Of a stretch of 64,000 nucleotides of DNA, positions 11,928 through 24,479 are shown piece after piece. The DNA lies in the NCBI RefSeq assembly GCF_006345805.1, contig NC_043003.1:96410001-96474000 (forward strand), written 5' to 3'. The stretch comes from Octopus sinensis. Taxonomy: Eukaryota. Position numbers and translations under genes: made by a program. Position 1 is the first letter of the stretch. Each line of letters starts with the position of its first letter. The notes under the pieces were generated by a model that searched no databases, was not told the DNA's origin, and saw only the letters and a program-made list of their open reading frames with translations.

Positions 11928-12480
11928 GGGAAACCACTATGTGGACACCCATATGCTAGAAATAGATCTGCTACAGTCTCACCACTAAGAAATGTTCTCA
12001 AGAAAAATCTAGCAAAACAACCAAAACGTAATCGAGCAAGACAAAAGAAAAAGTAATAAAAGTATGGATTATTCGTATACATGTCTCACTATCAACAAAT
12101 TATGTAATCTTACTTACACAACTTACGTAATTATCTGTAGACCACTGGTGTGAAATCGATGTTAATTAAATTAATATATAATTTCTCACCCTCATTTGAA
12201 ATTTAAAATTAAATTAATAAGTTCTCTAACCGGCAAAGGCCGCTGCAGTAAAGTATTATCTGTAGTAAAGTATGACTTGTTGAGAGAACAGAGCAGGTAA
12301 AATCCAGGTTATATGTTTCCTAGCTAGCAGAACCTCGGAAGAAATAATTACTCAACGAGGAGTGCTTCACTAGCTACACATCAAGCCTAAGATATCTTAG
12401 TCAAATGAAGGTTACATTGTTGTCAAGGGGTGCCAAGTTAACACAAAGGAGATTTGATTGAAAATGAGAGGAAAGCACAG
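11921..12480 (+). mobile_element. Diverged member of the Penelope-like structured repeat family
   Basis: Starts after (TA)n with a CCAC-TAT-GTGG hairpin, then ATATGCTAGAA and TTCTCAAGAAAAAT motifs shared with 2800-2890, 4080-3990 and 4131-4230. 3' boundary uncertain. Confidence 0.45.
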
Positions 12481-12528
12481 AGTGAAAGGACATACACACA
12501 CACACACATATGTATGTATGTATATATA

Positions 12529-13770
12529 CAGGGGCTGGACAAAATAATGGAAACACCTAGCACATAACATCATAATTTTGAAATATCTATAAAACTGTCA
12601 AAAGTTTGTTTATTTTTGTGCTTTTTGATTTATTACTAGTGTTGCTTAATATGTTTTGCTAAAATTACTGTTTCTTTTCAGAAAAAGGTAATTAAAATTC
12701 ATTAAAATGACAGATCTATTGGCCTTTCAAAGAGGTCAAATTGTTGGTGCTCGTATGGCAGGTTCATGCATAATTAAAACAGCCGAAATATTTGGTATAT
12801 CAAAAGTAATGACAGCCTTTGAGAAAGAGGGAAAAAACCTACTCATTGAAACAAAACTCCGGAAGAAAACCAAAACTTTCAGATAGGGACCGTTGGACTC
12901 TTATGCGAATTGTTAGAAAGGATCACAAAAGAACAGCTCCCAGAATTATTGCAGAGCCTAATGACCACATTGAGAACCCAGTTTCCACAAAAATTGTTCG
13001 CCAGGAGCTGCACAAAGCCAGATTTCATTGGAGGGATGCAATCAAAAAACCATTACTTTCAAAAACAAACGTTGCAAAGCATTTAGAATGGAGTAAAAAC
13101 CTACAGAATTGGTCCCTAGAGCAGTGGAAGAATGTTATTTTTTTGGATGAGTCATCCTTTACTTTATTTATGATCACCGGTCAAGTAAATGCATGGAGAC
13201 AGCCAAAAGAAACATCTGACCCAGACTGCTCTCTTCCAACTGTTAAACATAGAGAAGGATCTGTGGGACGGGCTATATGTTGGAAATCCACCAGCACAAT
13301 GGTTTCCCTTCATGGCAAAGTTAACAATGAAGACTATTTAAGCATTTTGTTTGATCAAATTCATCTTATGGTTGCAGAACTGTTTCCAGAGGGAAACGCA
13401 ATCTTTCAGGATGATAATGCACCAATTCATACAGCTAAAGTTGTTACTGAATGGCATGAGGAACATTCTTGTGAAGTTGAACATCTTATCTGGCCACCAC
13501 AGACCCCAGATCTCAATATTATTGAACATTTATGGTGCATTTTAGAAAAACAGGTATGAAGTTGATGCCTGCCACTATCATCACTACAAGAACTGGAGAC
13601 TGTTTTAGCTGAAAAATGGACAAACATTCCTTTGGAAAGAATTCAATCTTTGTACAAGTCCATATCTCGTAGAATTCAAGCTGTAATTACTGCCAAAGGC
13701 AGTCCTGCCCCATATTAAAATAAATTTGTTTCAAATTTTAAGGTGTTTCCATTATTTTGTCCAGCCCCTG
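12529..13770 (+). mobile_element. Full-length Tc1-like DNA transposon with DD36E spacing (defective)
   Basis: Perfect 30-bp TIRs CAGGGGCTGGACAAAATAATGGAAACACCT, TA on both sides, 1242 bp. Transposase from ATG 12707 with a frameshift near 12835 and TGA at 13557-13559; motifs DES, QDDNAP, PDLNIIEHLW. Confidence 0.95.
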
Positions 13771-13791
13771 TATATATATGTGTATGTATAG

Positions 13792-13850
<59 letters not shown>

Positions 13851-14039
13851 TATGTGTATATATACATATATATGTATGTATACATATATATATGTATGTA
13901 CATATGTGTGTGTGAATGTGTGTTTGTATATGTATACATATACACGGACATGACAGAAGTAAATAGACACTAATAATCATTGAAATTTATTTAAATTTGA
14001 AATTATACATCCAAATTATTTATTAATTGTTATAATGTG

Positions 14040-15130
14040 AATATTTAATATTTAGTAGACATGCCCTTTGCATTTTTCAATGCAAGGACTCTATTAGGCA
14101 TGTTACTGATCAGATGACAAATATTCACTTAGAGAATTTCTTGCCAAGTTTCATGTAGTAATCTCAAAAGATTTGTCTTTGAAGATGCTTTCTTGTTCAT
14201 TTTATGAAGTGCCCTGTACATTATGTCCCAGAAGAGTTCAACAGAATTCATATTTGGTGACTGGCTTGGCCATAGAAACTTTTTAATAATTTTGGGTCAT
14301 TTTAGCCTTGTGACAAGGAGCCCCATCTTCCATAAATAAGGAGTCTTCTTTAATCAATTCACCACTGGAGAATATTGGAAGGAGTCCTTTCTGCAATATA
14401 GACACATTTATCTGAGGTTATGTTTCCCTCATACTCCACCAGATATGTTCAACCATTGCTCTAAATCGCTCCCCAGAACATCACAGAATAGCTGCCATGT
14501 TTCATTGGTGGCCAGAATCTTTTCACATCAAATTCTTGATCACAGTCTCCAGACACACACTCGACTACTGTCAGGAAATACAGCAAATCTGGACTCATCA
14601 GAGAATATGACAGTGTCCCAAAATGCTAATGGCCTCTCCACCATCTCATTGGCCCAATCTTTTCTCCACTTGTTGTTGGCTGGTCAAAGAAGTGGCTTCC
14701 TTCTTGCTGCTTTGTGGAGATACCTGACAGCTGTTCTGGGACTGACATCAACTTATTCAGAGGCATTGCAACGTGGGTTATCCTCCACACTTCCCTTAGC
14801 AAAGAGAAGAGTCCTATCAGAGGGCCCTGGTTGATTGGGGTGAGGTGATGTGGACTCCTTCTCCTCTCTAGTGAATTGCACAATCACTACAACAGGGGTC
14901 GCCCCCCCCCTGTCGGAGCCTCGTGGAGCTTTAGGTGTTTTCGCTCAATAAACACACACAACGCCCGGTCTGGGAATTGAAACTTGTGGGATCCCAAGGT
15001 TTTTCTGCACTTTTACGCTATGTCCACCATCAGAATGATCCTCAAATATGGCCTCTTTGGAATTCAGAGAGTTCCAAGGCTTCTTTTGTACATGGCATGA
15101 TTAAATAGTCACATATAGAAACTGAAACAA
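14040..15130 (-). mobile_element. Degenerate Tc1-like transposase remnant interrupted by a SINE (14885-14985)
   Basis: Minus-strand remnants MPCTKEALELSEFQRGH (N-terminus, ~15088), FMEDGAPCHKAK and WPSQSPNMNSVELFW; many stops and frameshifts; no TIR seen. Confidence 0.75.
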
Positions 15131-15139
15131 AAATGTCAA

Positions 15140-17250
15140 TTAAAAAAATATAAACCATTACAAGTTAGAATAAGCATAAAATGATGTTTTATGGGGTGTC
15201 TGTTCACTTCTGTTGTGTGTGTGTTTTTCCATTTTATCTATAAGCACATCTTTCTCTGTTTTAATTTTTAATTCATCTAATGGGACTGGTAGTTCATGTA
15301 CTACATTGCAGAGTATATTTTTTACTTCTATTTCAGGTTTTAGTGATTCTATTACTGTCCTCTCTAACAGTTCATTGTACTTAATGATCAATCTTGACAG
15401 TCTGTCTGCATGTCCCAAATTTTTCGATTGTGCCATCTTAAAATCATAATTTAGCAGGATCGTCCCTCAGCACTGCAATCGGTTGGCTGTGTGTATGTGG
15501 GGATACCCTTTTTCAATCCATAAATCAAAACAAAGGCAGTGTTCTGTTTGCAGACTGAATTTTTTTTTCCATGTAGGAATTTGTGAAATTGATGGCTACT
15601 GCCTCCTTCTCAATTTGGCTATAGTTTTTTTTCAGCTGATAACAATGAATATGATGCATGTGTAATAGGTTTTAAACTACCATTTTCAAACCTGTGTAGA
15701 ATTACTGCTCTGATCCCACTCTCGCTAGTATCTGATGCTACTATTATTTTTAGTTTTGGATCATAATGCAATAATGACAGCTCTGATGTTAAAACCTTTT
15801 TAATTTTTTGAAATGTCTTTTGGCATCAGTCAGACCAATACCATATAACATCATTTTCTCAATAGGTTGTTCAAGGGTGCTTTTAACTCATGCATGTTCA
15901 GTATAATAATTCACAAGCCCCAAGAACGTTTGTAATGTAATATTTTTCGGTGGTGGCATATTTTTTATTGCTGTCGCTCTTACAGGATCTGGTCTTCGAC
16001 CATTTTTATCAATCACTTGTCCCAGATAATTTATTTCTGGCATAAAACACTCGCATCTTTCTTTGCTAAGTTTGAATCCATATTCCTTTATCCTATCAAA
16101 AACCATTTTAACATGTTCTTAATGCTGGTCTCTAGACTCACTTTTTATGAGTATGTCATTCAAATATGCTATAGTGAAATCAGTATCCGCAAGCATAGTG
16201 CCCATCAGTTTTTTTTGTCTTGTCGTAGATTAATTATCTTTTGGTATTCTTCCGCCACTGTTTATAAAGTTAATTTAGTATCTTGCTCTAATTTTGTTAA
16301 TATTTGATCTCGTATTTCCCCATTTGTACCTTCTTCTACCCAACTTTTATGTTCTTCCTTAAATATTTCCTCATAACTTCTAAAGTATGCTGAAAACATA
16401 ATCCCTTCTTCAGGATTATAAACAAATTCCTCAATTGAATTAGCTACTCCATCTGCCAAAAACAAACTTGATGTGTTCTTCAGTTGCAGCAATAATTCAA
16501 AGAACTGCTGAGTTTGCTGCTGTATAAATTGCTGTTGCAACTGTTGTTGTTGCTGTTTGTTTGTTTGTTTGTTTGTTGAGTGAAGTGGTCTTCATCCCAG
16601 AGTGGGAGAAGTCCGAAACGGGGTCCTTTGCTATTCGTAAGACCCTCAGAAGAGAAAGCAGGTCAACCCCCGACACCGAGAGCATCAACGGATGGATGAA
16701 TGTGCATCCAGGCTCAGCAGTTGCGTAGGAAGTCAGGGACAAGAAAAAGGAAGAAAGAGTGAGAGAAAGTTGGAGCGAAAGAGTACAACAGGGGTCGCTA
16801 CCACTCCCCTGCCGGAGCTTCATGGAGCTTTAGGTGTTTTCGCTCAATAAACACACTCAATGCCCGGTCTGGGAATTGAAACTGCGCTCCTCCGACCGTG
16901 GGTCTGCTGCCCTAACCATTGGGCCATTGCGTCTCCTGTTGTTGCTGTATCACAGAGGCTAAGAGTTCTTGCATGCTAAGAACTTTGAATGTCTCACTAT
17001 TATGATGTGGGTGGTTTTATATTATTTTTTGCTGTGCAAAATTCGAAAACCTCAACTCCACTGTTATGAAGTGCATGAAATTAGAATCCTTGTCACTGCT
17101 TTTACAAAGTGAGAGGATTTTTAATATTTCCATTGTGTGTTGTTCAAATCCTTGTTGTCCCTGTTATGAAGGCTGCAGACTTCTGGTATATTCATGCACC
17201 AACTGTCAAATCACCAGCATGTAATCCATATTTCTTCTTTTTAGCTTCTA
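15140..17250 (-). mobile_element. Internally deleted Ty3/Gypsy LTR-retrotransposon remnant (gag, RT, RNase H)
   Basis: Q-rich gag (ANSIEEFVYNPEEG), RT (AYLNDIL; YLGQVIDKNGRRPDP; FLGLVNYY), RNase H (ASDTSESG; KKGIPTHTAN; LGHADRLSRL). No LTRs found. Confidence 0.85.
16578..16936 (-). mobile_element. tRNA-derived SINE, family C, inserted in the Gypsy gag
   Basis: Head GCAATGGCCCAATGGTTAGGGCAGC...GTTTCAATTCCCAGACCGGG; core GAGCGAAAACACCTAAAGCTCC. Other copies at 14885-14985 and 19450-19730. Confidence 0.8.
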
Positions 17251-17875
17251 CACTCTGCCAGAAACTCGGAAAGAACATGCTGTACTGCTTGGCATTCGGG
17301 CCAGAAGCTCCAAAACGAACAGTTTAGAGTGTTTAGGTTTCAATCTAAGGACAGGTACCGAGAGTAATAAAAATCAAACATCCTGTCAACATCATGGTGT
17401 TTGGAGTGATCACTAGTGGTGGTGACATTATGCCTCCATTCATCTTCTCACATGGCCTCACACTTAACACAGAGGCCTACATCAAGTGCTTGGAGGAGGT
17501 AGTGCAACCCTGGGTCAAGAGGGTGGCTGCTGGAAGACTCTGTCTGACAACAGGACTCTGCACTATGCCACACATGCAGGAGAATCCAGTCATGGCTGTC
17601 AGATAATTTCTGTGACCACATCACTCCTAACATCTGGTCACCTAACTCCTCAGACTGTAAACCCCTTGATGGGGATCGTTCAGAAAAGTTGCAGGAGAAT
17701 CCGAAGTCGTCTGGAGGCTGTGATTGAAGCTAATGGTGATTTTATTGAATAAATTTACTTTTTAGTATTTCAAGATATTTTAATGTAATTTTGGTAAATA
17801 TACCTGTTAAAATGAGATCTCAGTGTTATTTTCACTTTTGTGTAATTTATACGTCAGTCTATTCACTGCACCCTG
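17230..17875 (+). mobile_element. Internally deleted maT/DD37D-type mariner
   Basis: KEHAVLLGIRA N-terminal remnant; MVFGVITSGGDIMPPFIFSHGL...EEVVQPWVKRVAAGR; end CACTGCACCCTG|TA. A 3' fragment of the same family lies at about 49490-49757(-). Confidence 0.8.
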
Positions 17876-17889
17876 TATATATACATATA

Positions 17890-18822
17890 TCTATCAATAT
17901 CTATAAAGCTGAAATGCGAAAAATTTGTGTGTCATTTTGGGATAGGAGGGGTTTAAGGGGCGGTAGATGGGGTCGGATTGGCTCCAAAATTTACAGGGAC
18001 ATGTAAAAAGAGGCGAGGAAGTGACTGGACTAGTTTAGAAACCCCTATCTCAAAAGCTGTGGTTACTAGAGCAACAAAACCCAGACTTTGACAAGCATTT
18101 GTCATTTCTCTCTTTCGGATATCACCCTGTTTTCTTCAATCTCTCTCTTTCTCTCTATATCGACATTTGACTGCTTCGTCTCTCTGTCACTCTTTCTTCC
18201 ACCACCTCTCTCACTGTACATCTGTCTGTATCTATAGAAAGTGTTGGCAGTCGCAAAAGTTTAAATATTCCCGCCACAGGTCTTTTAGAATGGTGAATTA
18301 TTGTCACCCACCATTATCGCACAATCATAACAGATATTATTAATCAGATATATTGTGTTAATTTATATATATATGTGTGTATATATAAATATGTATATAT
18401 AATGAGTATACATATATATATGTGTATATATATATATATATAATCTAAATATATTATCGTCATCAACCCCTAGACATTAGTGATGGTAATCGCTCAAATA
18501 GTGGCACATACAAAAGGCAAGTGTGCTTTCCGTTGTCACTGCCTGATATTTATGATTGATCTTTCAAAATATTTTCTTTCTCAACTTATTCAAGATCTTT
18601 TGTTTTTTATACATAGGAGATAGATAGATAGATAGAGAAAGATAGAGAGTAAGAGAAAGCGAGGGAGAGTCAGAGAGAAAAGAAGAGTAAGAGAGTGGGA
18701 AAGTGAGAGAGAAAGGAGAGAGAAATAAAGAGGGGGAATGTGGCAATAAGAAACAGAAAGGAAGCAACAGAAAGTAAGAACCACACCCTCACCCGCACGT
18801 AGAGCGGGTCACCTTAAGCTAG
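17890..18822 (+). mobile_element. Non-autonomous Helitron
   Basis: A|TC 5' end (TCTATCAATATCTATAAAGCTGAAATG); 3' hairpin ACCCGC-ACGTAGA-GCGGGT, 9-nt spacer, CTAG|T at 18819-18823. Confidence 0.75.
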
Positions 18823-21800
18823 TCTCTATATATATATGTGTGTGTGTGTGTATATATATATATAGTGCTTGGCGTTAGGAAGGGCATCCAGCTGTAGAAA
18901 CTTTGCCAGATAAGACCGGAGCCTGGTGCAGCCTTCTGGCTTCCCAGACCCCCGGTCGAACCGTCCAACCCATGCTAGCATGGAGAATGGACGTTAAACG
19001 ATGATGATGATGATGATGATATATACATACACATATATATATATATATATATATACATACATATATGTATATATACATACATACACACATATATATATAT
19101 ATATATAGGTAGATAGATAGCTATACGTAAACGATGATGATGATGATGATATTTCATCAGTTACACAAAGGTTCCACTTGATTAAATAAACGGAATAGTG
19201 TGCTCATGAAATTAACGCAAACATGTATACCCTTAGCGTAGTTCTCAGGGGACATTCAGCTTTTTGAATTACAAGTACTACTCACTTTTGCCAGCTGAGT
19301 GGAAGGGAACAACATGAAATATGTTTTGCTCAAGGACACAATGCACTACTGGGTGTTGAACTCACAACCTTACGGTCATGAGTTGAATACCCCAACCACT
19401 AAGCCATGTGCCTTCACTGACATATGAAGGCAAATATATATATATATATATCACCGTGACCAACCAGGCTATCAGATGTTGTTACACATCACTAGTCACA
19501 ATGCGCTTCGCATTGTTTTAACCTTCAAATGATGCTACCCTGCTGAAGAAAGAGTGAGAGAAAGTTGTGGTGAAGGAGTACAGCAGGGATCGCCACCACC
19601 CCCTGCTGGAGCCTTGTGGAGCTTTAGGTGTTTTCGCTCAATAAACACTCACAACGCCCGGTCTGGGTATCAAAACCACTATCCTACGACCGCAAGTCCG
19701 CTGCCCTAACCACTAGGCCATTGTGCCTCCACACACACATATATATACATATATATGTATGTACATACATATATATATGTATGCATTGTAAATATGCACA
19801 TGTATATATATATACACACACACACACTTACATATATATATATATATACACACTCGCATATATATCAAATCATGAAAAGCTCCGATATGCATATTAAGCT
19901 ACCAGTTGACAGACAAAGCAGTCATACATTATTATGCAAGCACTACAGGTTTTGCTTAATTTTATAACTCATGCTTTATGCTATGGTTGAATATTTTATG
20001 CTCTTCAATAGGGAAGGAAGCCAAGCACATCTCCGGAGAGTGGCCAGCAAACCATAAAATTGTCGCTCTCTTCAATCTCACACACATCAAAAACAAAATG
20101 AATGTGCTTATAATATCCTTATATGTTCTCTCACAGCTAGGCTTTCTAATGTTAAAATTATTTTATTCTTTATGATTCATGCATAAACTTCTCCCTCTCT
20201 CTCTCTCACACACACAGTCACAAATGTTAGTATTATATAAGCAATGTGTGTGTGTGTGTGTGTGTGTGTGTGGTGTTCATGTCTTTTTGCTTTGATACTG
20301 TGCACAAATTGTAAACAAATGTAAGCAATGTGATTTGTTTATATAATCTTCTGTGGAAACATATTGCTCATGTTCAAAGTAATCTTGCTTGGAAATAATG
20401 AAGGGTTGGTGATAGGAAAGTGATGGCATGTGGTTTAGTCGGTGCCGGTGGCACATAAAAAGCACCATCCGATCGTGGCTGTTTGCCAGCCTCGCCTGGC
20501 CCCCGTGCCTATGGTACGTAAAAAGCACCATCCGATCGTGGCCGTTTGCCAGCCTCGTCTGGCCCCCGTAAAAAGTCCCATCTGATCGTGGTCGTTTGCC
20601 ATGTAAAAAGCATCCACTACACTCATGGAGTGGTTGGCGTTAGGAAGGGCATCCAGCTGTAGAAACATTACCAGATCAGACTGGGTCTGGTGCAGCCTTC
20701 TGGCTTCCCAGACCCCAGTTGCACCGTCCAACCCATGCCAGCATGGAAAGTGGACGTTAAACGATGATGATGATGATGTAAAGTTGTGAGTTCAATTCCC
20801 CGTGACATATTGTGTCCTTGAGCAAAGCTCTTTACTGCATGTTGCTCCAGTTTACTTAGTTGGCAAAAATGTGTAGTATCTGTATTTCATAGGGCCAGCT
20901 TTGTCACACTCTGTGTCACGCTGAATATCCCTGAGAACTACATTAAGAGTACATGTATCTGAGGATTACTGCTCACCCACATGCACATTAATTTCACAAG
21001 AAGGTTGTTCTATTGATAGGATCAACTGGAACCCTCGTTGTCATAACTGACGGAGTGCTGGTTGATAGGAAGAGAATCTGGCCATAGAAAACTTAACCTC
21101 AATGAATTTTGTCTGATATGCAAGAATGGGAAACTAGATGTTAAAATGATAATGATGATGATGATAACGATAAGGTGAATTAAAAGATAGTAATACTTGA
21201 CAATAGTAAACAAATATAATTATGTTTCACTTACTTGGTATTTTGTTAAAAAACTATTACCACAATTTGTATTGTTTGTGTCAAATAATTATTATCCAAG
21301 AAATAAAACTGATGTGCATCTAAGAATTAATCTCACAAATTTAGTATTATTAATTATTTTTTCAATAAATATATGTAAGTGAAACCTTCTCAATATTGAT
21401 TCTTAGTAGAAATTCTTTTCTGATTTTGTACTTGTTTAAATTATAATACGAAAGATTCCTTGGCTTAGCATTTCAGCATTCATAACAGGAATGGAGTTAA
21501 ATATATTGATAGACTTATATCTGCTAAGAAAAATATCATTCCCTGTACAATCTAATGGTGAAGGAGGTGGTAAACTGTAACTCAATGTAGCATGTCAACA
21601 AGGCTATATGTAATTGCACTGATCAAAGAGAGTGCCAATATGATGGCGGCCAAACATGACCTATTTAAATGTTAAAGAGTTTTAGATTTGATATATATTG
21701 AATTTTATATATATTCTTACAAGAATATTATTCTGTAAAGAATAACAGGTATATTTTACATCTTCAGTATTATGAAAGAAAAAAGAAGTAAACAAATAAA

Positions 21801-24479
21801 TTACTTGCCTTTGATGCATAATCATGTGATCAATACTATAAAATTATTTCATGTTTCTCTTTAAGTAAATTTGATTTCTTTTGGAAAAAAGGAAAAAAAA
21901 AATGTCAATAAACCACACTCTAATAATCATTACATCAATAGTTTTGTGTTCATTTTTAGATATGTAAAGCCGAAAAATTTATATGAAAATTGAAGTAAAT
22001 GTTTAGCACTTTAGATCTATGAATATCCATCCCTCGTAAATATTTGGTAAATAGAAGTTGTGGAGTTTCTTATGTACATAGTTTTCTTCTTTTATCAAAA
22101 TATCAATGGTAAATGATTCCATTGCTGTGATTAATCAGCGAACAAAAGTAGTGTTGTATCTTCAGTCAGCAAAGTATGAAGAATAGCTGCTTCCATCATC
22201 AAAATTAGTTGATGTGACAATAATAATATATCAGCCTTACATAAGAGTTCACTGTAATAAAGAAAAAATCTCACCATCCGCAAGAGTCAGATTGTGATGG
22301 AATATTTACTTTACAGATAAACCAATCAGTGAAAGACTTATCAGTTAATCAGCACTGTATAAAACTGGAAACAACAGTACTTGATTGATTTCTTTTTTCT
22401 TGAGCAATACAACCAGATGAATGAGATTAAAATCACTTGTTGACAGTTATCTCATCACCTTGTGATAGATGAACTTCACTTCCACATTCAAATGAAGAGA
22501 GTAAAACTTAAAATTTTATTTTTGATGTTTTGAATAATGGATAATGATTAAAGTTTCTTTTTTTTTTTTGAACAAGAGAGGAAAACTAGAAAGGAATGTT
22601 TGAGACAGATTTAAAATTGGTATCTGAAACTTCTTATACCACAAGTAAACATTGACTTTGTTATTTGTTGAATTGATAATACCATCTTGTTGTTATTGAT
22701 AATTATGATACTGATGATTATAATGATGTTGATGTTCATGTTAGATAATCAGTGTCAGCTCTTGCTAAATTGATCCTTTATGTAACCTGTCAATCAACAC
22801 TTGAATTTTTCATCATAAGACCACTGCATCATATTGTATTATGCACTATAACTTATACTGTGTTGCTTGTCCATTTCTTTCCTTTCTCACAATGAAAACA
22901 CAGTTTTAAAACCTCAGTTATGAACCACTGACTGATGACCCCCAGCAGACATTTCTTCCATATATTAACTATAGAGCCTACCAAACTAATTAAAATTAGG
23001 TTAAACATTACATTTCTAAGATTCATGTTAATTACATTTTTTTTAATGAACAAAGGTGTGGCTGTACATGGGTATAGGCTGGGTGTGTGATAAGAGGTTT
23101 GCTTCCCAACCACATGGTTCCAGGTTCAGTCCTAGAGCATGGCATGTTGGGCAAGTGCCTTCTACTAGCCTCAAGCTGACCAAAGCCTTGCGAGTGGATT
23201 TGCTAAATAAAGACTAAAAGAAACCTGTCATATACATAGAGTGCAGCTATGCTGGGGCACTGCCTTCAAGAATTTTTATTGAGATGAATCAACCCCAGTG
23301 CTTATTTTTTAAGCCTGGTACTTATACCTATCAGTCTCTTTTGCTGAACTGCTAAGTTACAGGGATGTAAACACCAACACCAGCTGTCAAGTGGTGATGG
23401 GGACAAATACAGACACAAAGACATGCGCTTAGATATATATATACATATATATACATGATGGACTTCATTCAATTTCCATCTACTAATTCCCCTCACAAGG
23501 CTTTGGTTGGCCCAAGGCTATAGTAGAAGACACTTGGCCAGCATGCCATACAGTGGGACTGAACCAGGAATGTGGTTAGGAAGCAAGCTTCTTACCCCAC
23601 AACCACTCATATGTGTGTATGTGTGTGCATAGGTTTTCTTGTTTTGATATACAAGCATCTCCAATCTTCTGTGGGATCATGTTTAGTAATGGGAAAATAT
23701 TACTTTGTTTGGAGATACAGGTGAGATGTGGCATCAAGAAGGGCAACCAGTCATAGAAAAATCTGTTTCAATAAAGCTTCATCCAACCAATGCAAGCATG
23801 GAAAAGTGGACATTAAGATGATACTGAACAGCCATTCAATTATCATATGGTTCATAAAAAAGAAGCATTTTAAAAAATTAAAAAAAGCAAACAACAATAG
23901 ATAAAATTTAAGTTCAAATTTATGTATTCTCTTCAGATTCAACAAAATAGTTATAAATATGTTCCTGATAATCACACTGTATTGTCAATGAATGGATGAA
24001 AAAAAAAATCAAGAAAATATTCTGTTACCTTCATTTAGTTACTGGGAGATCATTGGAAACTTCATATTCATGTAGTGCACCAAATAACAGGATTATGTTT
24101 ATACCTATCTCAGACACAACTTTCTAACCATAACAATTTTTTTTTACAGCAGTAGAGTTGCATGAGTTTTGAATGCCAAAGTCATGTGACTCAACCTGAT
24201 GATCACATGATGAAGACCATTTACATGGCTGCCTTTTCATTAAAGTCAAGTTTGCTTCTTCTTACTGACATAATCTATGAAATATTCATATTGAGAGGGA
24301 AAAAAAAATAAAAACTCTAAGTTACCTGCTTCATCAGCTCTACCTCTCATATTTAATTTATAATTCTTTAAAGCTTTCAAAAGAGAAAGTACTCGATGAC
24401 AGATGGACAGCAACTGTTACTGCCAATAACAGCAAGTATCATATTTTAACATACCATGTAAAATAACTTAGATGTCACT

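Noticed and set aside
22425-22510. C1q/TNF-like phrase GSEVHLSQGDEITV on the minus strand
   Set aside because: Too short, flanked by stops, and the rest of the domain is absent.
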